In this document: in pieces, positions 32,962-36,613 of the stretch | How positions within the stretch are numbered: position 1 is the stretch's first letter | Layout of the letters: each line of letters begins with the position of its first letter | From: Candidatus Bathyarchaeota archaeon | GTDB lineage: Archaea; Thermoproteota; Bathyarchaeia; TCS64 | NCBI GenBank assembly: GCA_013329615.1 | Contig: DUKA01000095.1 | Span: 1-36,613, forward strand | Direction: 5' to 3' | DNA length: 36,613 nt | The notes under the pieces: model-generated | The model's input: the letters and a program-made list of their open reading frames with translations, nothing else | What the model was told of the DNA's origin: nothing | Databases searched by the model: none | Position numbers and translations under genes: made by a program

Positions 32962-33159
32962 CAAACCTTTTTATTCGATACGCGGGTTGGAATAGCTCAC
33001 ATCCCGCAAGGGAGGATGGAACATGGGGTATTGCTTTGTCGAGCCCCCGAATGCGGGGGAAAGTTGAATGGGGAATCGTATTCTTAGTTAACAGATTCCC
33101 ATCCGAACCCAAGAACGTTGGATCATTGATCCAAGGAAAGATTCTGGAGGATACCATGC
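32962..33159 (+). promoter_or_regulatory. ilvB-2 promoter box plus long leader with two abutting mini-ORFs and hairpins
   Basis: CAAACCTTTTTATTCG lies at 32962-32977. Mini-ORF 33023-33067 encodes MGYCFVEPPNAGES. Mini-ORF 33068-33091 encodes MGNRILS. Hairpins are CCCCCG/CGGGGG (33044-33059) and GGGAATC/GATTCCC (33071-33100). The palindrome TTGGATCA-T-TGATCCAA lies at 33118-33134. GGAGG lies at 33146-33150, 9 nt before ATG 33160. Confidence 0.5.
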
Positions 33160-34842
33160 ATGACTGAGATGACCGGCGCCGAGGCGTACGTCAAGGCGCT
33201 AGAGAAGGAGGGCGTCAAATACCTCTTCGGGGTAACCGGCGCCGCAATCATACCCATCTGCGACGACCTGCTGAAGTCGAAGATTCGCTACATAGGTGGC
33301 GCCCACGAGCAGGGCTCAACCCACATGGCGGACGGCTACGCGCGCGTCTCCGGGCACCCCGGTGTCGTGCAGGTCACTAGCGGCCCAGGCGCGACGAACA
33401 TAGTCACAGGGCTCGCCACGGCGCAGCTCGATTCCTCGCCAGTTGTCGCCCTCACCGGGCAGGTCCCACTCAGCATGGTCGGCACAGACGCCTTCCAAGA
33501 GGTCGACATCATAGGCATCACCGCCTCCGTCACCAAGCACAACATACAGGTCATGGAGGCGGTGGAGATACCGCACGCCATCAAGTCGGCCTTCTACATC
33601 TCCTCGACCGGAAGGAAGGGCGCCGTCCTCGTGGATATCCCGAAGGACACCCAGACGGACAAGGCGGATATGGTCTTCCCGGATAAGGTCGAGTTCCGCG
33701 GCTACCACCCGAATATCGAGCCCAACTCGCAGGAGATGCACTGGGCAGCGACGCTCCTCGCAAAGGCGCGGAGACCAGTCATCATCGCGGGAGGCGGAGC
33801 AATCGCATCGGGAGCAACGATGGAACTCATCGAACTCGCCGAGATGCTGCAAGCCCCCGTAGCCACCAGCCTCATGGGGAAGGGGGCCATACCCAGCAAC
33901 CACCCACTCAGCCTCGGTCTCTGTGGGATGCATGGCCGCTGCGAGGCGAACTACATCGTCCCCGAGGCGGATGTCCTCCTAGTCGTTGGAGCACGCTTCA
34001 GCGATCGCACGACGGGCTCCCTCCGAGGCTTCGCCCCAAACGCACGCATAATTCACATCGACGTCGACCGCAGCGAGATAGACAAAAACGTCGACAGTAT
34101 CACACGCATAGTCGGAGACGCCAAACTCGCGATACGGGGCATCCGCGAGAAGGTCGCCCAGCAGAGGAACACGGGGCACACAGATGAGGACCTCGTGAAG
34201 AGGATCAAGGAATTCAAGGCACAGTCGGACACCCTCAACACGTCGCCACTCTCCGGCCCAGAAGTCATACGAGCGATAAGACGCGCCATGCCCCCAGACA
34301 GCATAGTCGTAACTGATGTTGGACAACACCAGATGTGGGCTGCGCAGCACTACGATGTCCGCGGACCCGGCGAGTTCTTCACGAGCGGCGGATTGGGCAC
34401 CATGGGCTGGGGGACGCCCGCAGCCATAGGCGCCAAGGCGGCGAGGCCCGACCTCCCCCTGTTGAACATCTCCGGCGACGGCAGCTTCGCCATGACCGAG
34501 AACAACCTAGCCATCGCCGTCGACGAGGGTTTCCCAGTCACCGTCGTGATCCTGAACAACGGCGTCCTCGGAATGGTCGCACAGTGGCAACGCCTCTTCT
34601 ACAACCGCAGATACAGCACGATACAACGCCCGAAGCACCCCGACTTCGTGAAACTAGCAGAGAGCTACGGGGCCACGGGGGTGAAGGCGGAGTCGACGAA
34701 GCAGATAGAGACCGCCATCAAGCGCAGCATCAAGGAGAAGCAGACCACCGTCATCGATGTCCCGATGGACCCTGAGGAAAACGTTTACCCCATGATCCCG
34801 CCGGGCATGGGGCTCAAGGACATCCTCCTAGGAGGCGCCTAA
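33160..34842 (+). CDS. ilvB: Acetolactate synthase large subunit, copy 2 (paralog of 5316..7007)
   Basis: 560 aa with the same ThDP-enzyme blocks. About two-thirds of residues are identical to copy 1 over an N-terminal ~146-aa stretch counted by hand. Confidence 0.95.
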   Translation: MTEMTGAEAYVKALEKEGVKYLFGVTGAAIIPICDDLLKSKIRYIGGAHEQGSTHMADGYARVSGHPGVVQVTSGPGATNIVTGLATAQLDSSPVVALTGQVPLSMVGTDAFQEVDIIGITASVTKHNIQVMEAVEIPHAIKSAFYISSTGRKGAVLVDIPKDTQTDKADMVFPDKVEFRGYHPNIEPNSQEMHWAATLLAKARRPVIIAGGGAIASGATMELIELAEMLQAPVATSLMGKGAIPSNHPLSLGLCGMHGRCEANYIVPEADVLLVVGARFSDRTTGSLRGFAPNARIIHIDVDRSEIDKNVDSITRIVGDAKLAIRGIREKVAQQRNTGHTDEDLVKRIKEFKAQSDTLNTSPLSGPEVIRAIRRAMPPDSIVVTDVGQHQMWAAQHYDVRGPGEFFTSGGLGTMGWGTPAAIGAKAARPDLPLLNISGDGSFAMTENNLAIAVDEGFPVTVVILNNGVLGMVAQWQRLFYNRRYSTIQRPKHPDFVKLAESYGATGVKAESTKQIETAIKRSIKEKQTTVIDVPMDPEENVYPMIPPGMGLKDILLGGA

Positions 34843-34843
34843 G

Positions 34844-35338
34844 ATGCCACTACACACGGTAAGCTTCCTCGTCGAGAACAAACCCGGCGTCCTCTTCAAG
34901 GTCGCCAACCTCTTCAGACGGCGCGGCTACAACATCCAGAGCCTCACAGTCGGCCCTGTCGAGGGAAGCCCCCTAAGCAGGATGACAGTAGTCGTCGACG
35001 CGGAGAGCCGCATCCTCAACCAGATAGTCGAGCAACTCGACAAGATGGTCGACGTGGTCAAGGTGAAGCGCCTAGACCCGCTAAGGACGCTGAGCAGGGA
35101 GCTGCTACTCATCAAGATGAAGACGTCGGACCCGATAGCGCGCATCGAGGCAGTGAACACCGTGAATGCCTACCATGGGCTCATCCTCGACGTAGATCCC
35201 GACATCCTAATCGCGGAGGTCACGGGGCCGACGGATGAGATAGACGAGTTTCTCAAGAGGATCGGCCCAATCGGTATCGAGGAGATGAGCAGGACGGGTG
35301 CCGCCGCCATAGAAAGGGGCAACGTCAAGCTCGCCTAA
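34844..35338 (+). CDS. ilvN: Acetolactate synthase small subunit, copy 2
   Basis: 164 aa. The ACT domain VSFLVENKPGVLFKVANLFRRRGYNIQSLT is colinear with copy 1. Starts 1 nt after the ilvB-2 stop. Confidence 0.93.
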   Translation: MPLHTVSFLVENKPGVLFKVANLFRRRGYNIQSLTVGPVEGSPLSRMTVVVDAESRILNQIVEQLDKMVDVVKVKRLDPLRTLSRELLLIKMKTSDPIARIEAVNTVNAYHGLILDVDPDILIAEVTGPTDEIDEFLKRIGPIGIEEMSRTGAAAIERGNVKLA

Positions 35339-35394
35339 CCCCTTCCACCCTTTATCACCAATTCTTAATACAAGTGGTGTGTTAGTCTCCCCCC

Positions 35395-36438
35395 ATGTGT
35401 CAACTTGTCGGGTACATCGGCGACAGACCCATAGCGCCGCTCGTCCTAAAGGCGCTGGAGCTGCAGGAGCCATACTTCGCGGCCCACGCCACGGGGATGG
35501 GTGTAATCAACGCGAAGGAAAAAGTACAGGTCGAGAAGGCGACCGGCCCCGTCGCCGCCGTGAAGAAGACGACGAAGATAACGAAGCTCAGGGGAAACAT
35601 CGGCATCGGCCATAGCAGGTACAGCGCCTACGCGCGCGAAGACCCCCGCTACGACGCCGACAACATGTGCCACCCCTTCACGAACGACGCAGGCGACGTC
35701 GCCATGATGCACAACGGCGACATAGCCAACTTCAAGGAGCACTGGGCGCGCCTCAAGCCGAGCCACAAGTTCAAGGGATACAACCCAGCCATCGACTGGA
35801 TAACCGACAGCGAGGTCGCCGTCCACATGATAGACGACGAGGTCAAGAAGGGCGACGGCTTCGACAAGGCACTACGCACTGTCATGCCCAAGCTCACAGG
35901 GCAGGTTCTCCTCTGCCTCATTAGCGAGGCGGAGCCCGAGACCATCTGGCTCGCCAACAGGTGGCAGCCCTGCTGCATAGGGATAGGTAAAGACGAGGTC
36001 ATCTGGACGAGCAGCCTCGCCGGCATGGACCCGATAAAGGACGAGTTGAAGAAGGTATACCAGCCGCCGAAGAACAGTCTCATCAAGCTGACCCGCGGCA
36101 AGGCTGAGGTCAGCGTCCTCGACCCCAACTACAAGGTCCACGACCTCAAGCTGAGCAAGAAGATTCTCAGGGAGGGGATCCTGAGCATCCTCGGCGTCGC
36201 GAATCTCGACTTCTTGCGCCTATGGTACGCACTCGACAAGACCCACTGGGCGAAAGCCTACGGCGTCGATCAGGAGCAGTGGAAGGCGCTCCGCCGCGAT
36301 TACGGCGTCAGCATAGTCAACCCCTTCATCGAGGTCCTCGACGAGCTCATCGAGGCAGGAAAGATCAAGAAGTGGATCGACTACCGCGCCGAGGGCTGCG
36401 ACGCGAAGACGCCCCGCTTCATGTATGGGCTCCCCTAG
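35395..36438 (+). CDS. Class-II (Ntn) glutamine amidotransferase domain protein with an unassigned ~115-aa C-terminal region
   Basis: Nucleophile Cys2 (MCQLVGYIG), GIGHSRYS, HPF and HNGDIANF blocks of the GATase-2 fold. The C-terminal part (from about residue 230) matches nothing I recognise. Confidence 0.8.
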   Translation: MCQLVGYIGDRPIAPLVLKALELQEPYFAAHATGMGVINAKEKVQVEKATGPVAAVKKTTKITKLRGNIGIGHSRYSAYAREDPRYDADNMCHPFTNDAGDVAMMHNGDIANFKEHWARLKPSHKFKGYNPAIDWITDSEVAVHMIDDEVKKGDGFDKALRTVMPKLTGQVLLCLISEAEPETIWLANRWQPCCIGIGKDEVIWTSSLAGMDPIKDELKKVYQPPKNSLIKLTRGKAEVSVLDPNYKVHDLKLSKKILREGILSILGVANLDFLRLWYALDKTHWAKAYGVDQEQWKALRRDYGVSIVNPFIEVLDELIEAGKIKKWIDYRAEGCDAKTPRFMYGLP

Positions 36439-36444
36439 TTTTTT
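36439..36444 (+). terminator. Oligo-T tract immediately after the amidotransferase stop (archaeal-type terminator candidate)
   Basis: T6 at 36439-36444 directly follows TAG 36436-36438. Confidence 0.4.
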
Positions 36445-36481
36445 AGGCAAGCTTAAACTTTATATTTTAGGCGCGCTTAAA
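36441..36481. promoter_or_regulatory. Two tandem DtxR-box-like imperfect palindromes overlapping the promoter of the DtxR-family gene
   Basis: TTTTAGGCAAGCTTAAA (36441-36457) and TTTTAGGCGCGCTTAAA (36465-36481) are 15/17 identical and 24 nt apart. Each is an imperfect inverted repeat TTTAGGC-nn-GCTTAAA. TATA-like CTTTATATTTT lies at 36458-36468. The ATG is at 36496. Confidence 0.45.
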
Positions 36482-36495
36482 ATCCCTGACCCGGG

Positions 36496-36613
36496 ATGAG
36501 TGAGAGCGTCGAAGAGTACCTAGAAGCCATATACGCGTTCAACGAGAGCGGAGAACTGGCAAAGAACCAAAACCTGGCTGAGAAGCTGCGCGTATCCCCC
36601 GCGAGCGTCACCC
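36496..36613 (+). CDS. DtxR/MntR/IdeR-family metal-dependent transcriptional regulator, N-terminal fragment (runs off the right edge)
   Basis: MSESVEEYLEAIYAFNESGELAKNQNLAEKLRVSPASVT is the canonical DtxR-family wHTH start (EDYLk.Iy.l......v....lA..L.VspPSVT). Confidence 0.8.
   Translation, partial: MSESVEEYLEAIYAFNESGELAKNQNLAEKLRVSPASVT

Noticed and set aside
33016-33087. Alternative 23-codon leader ORF starting at ATG 33016 (MEHGVLLCRAPECGGKLNGESYS)
   Set aside because: GGAGG abuts the ATG with no spacer. The frame has no counterpart in the ilvB-1 leader, whereas the 33023 frame is mirrored there.
32933-33157. 74-aa minus-strand ORF covering the ilvB-2 leader
   Set aside because: It has no start context or recognisable features. 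It is antisense to a region whose conservation is better explained by the sense-strand leader elements.
33316-33933. 205-aa minus-strand ORF, and other ORFs nested in either ilvB copy (for example 4714..5544, 6459..6896)
   Set aside because: They are antisense or out of frame with respect to unmistakable ThDP-enzyme coding sequence.

Overview
High-G+C archaeal chromosome segment. Archaeal markers are TFB, ribosomal proteins uL13/uS9/eL13, split glycine dehydrogenase gcvPA/gcvPB and an archaeal-type pantoate kinase. The presence of eL13 hints at a TACK-type lineage, but that is inference only. The window is gene-dense and mostly core metabolism. It holds an ilvB-ilvN-ilvC operon (minus strand) divergent from thrC, and a second paralogous ilvB-ilvN pair (plus strand). 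Other genes are pantoate kinase, a MalY/PatB-like aminotransferase, a Zn-ADH, an M20 peptidase, an amidase of the nitrilase superfamily, an alpha/beta hydrolase, an SDR, an LLM-class oxidoreductase, a flotillin-like protein, an NAD-kinase-like protein, and a class-II glutamine amidotransferase. No rRNA, tRNA, CRISPR array or clear mobile element was seen. The strongest observation is that both acetolactate-synthase operons carry homologous long leaders with the same architecture. Each has a shared TATA-like box, then 46/47 nt, then a 14-codon mini-ORF directly abutted by a 7-codon mini-ORF (peptides start MGY(R/C)F(I/V)), then a covarying hairpin bracketing the second mini-ORF. This is a candidate translation-coupled cis-regulatory leader. 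Other points worth a second look are listed here:
- a translationally coupled four-gene membrane operon with an alternating bitopic/polytopic pattern and no recognisable family
- a visibly lower-G+C island encoding an oversized TrmB-family regulator plus a MEDS-domain protein just upstream of the second ilvBN
- a repeat-laden AT-rich 440-nt spacer downstream of ilvC
- a Fibrobacter-type (FISUMP) domain protein in an archaeal context
- DtxR-box-like tandem repeats in front of a truncated DtxR-family gene
Many long ORFs in the supplied track are antisense shadow ORFs typical of high-G+C DNA and were rejected. All G+C statements are by eye, not computed.
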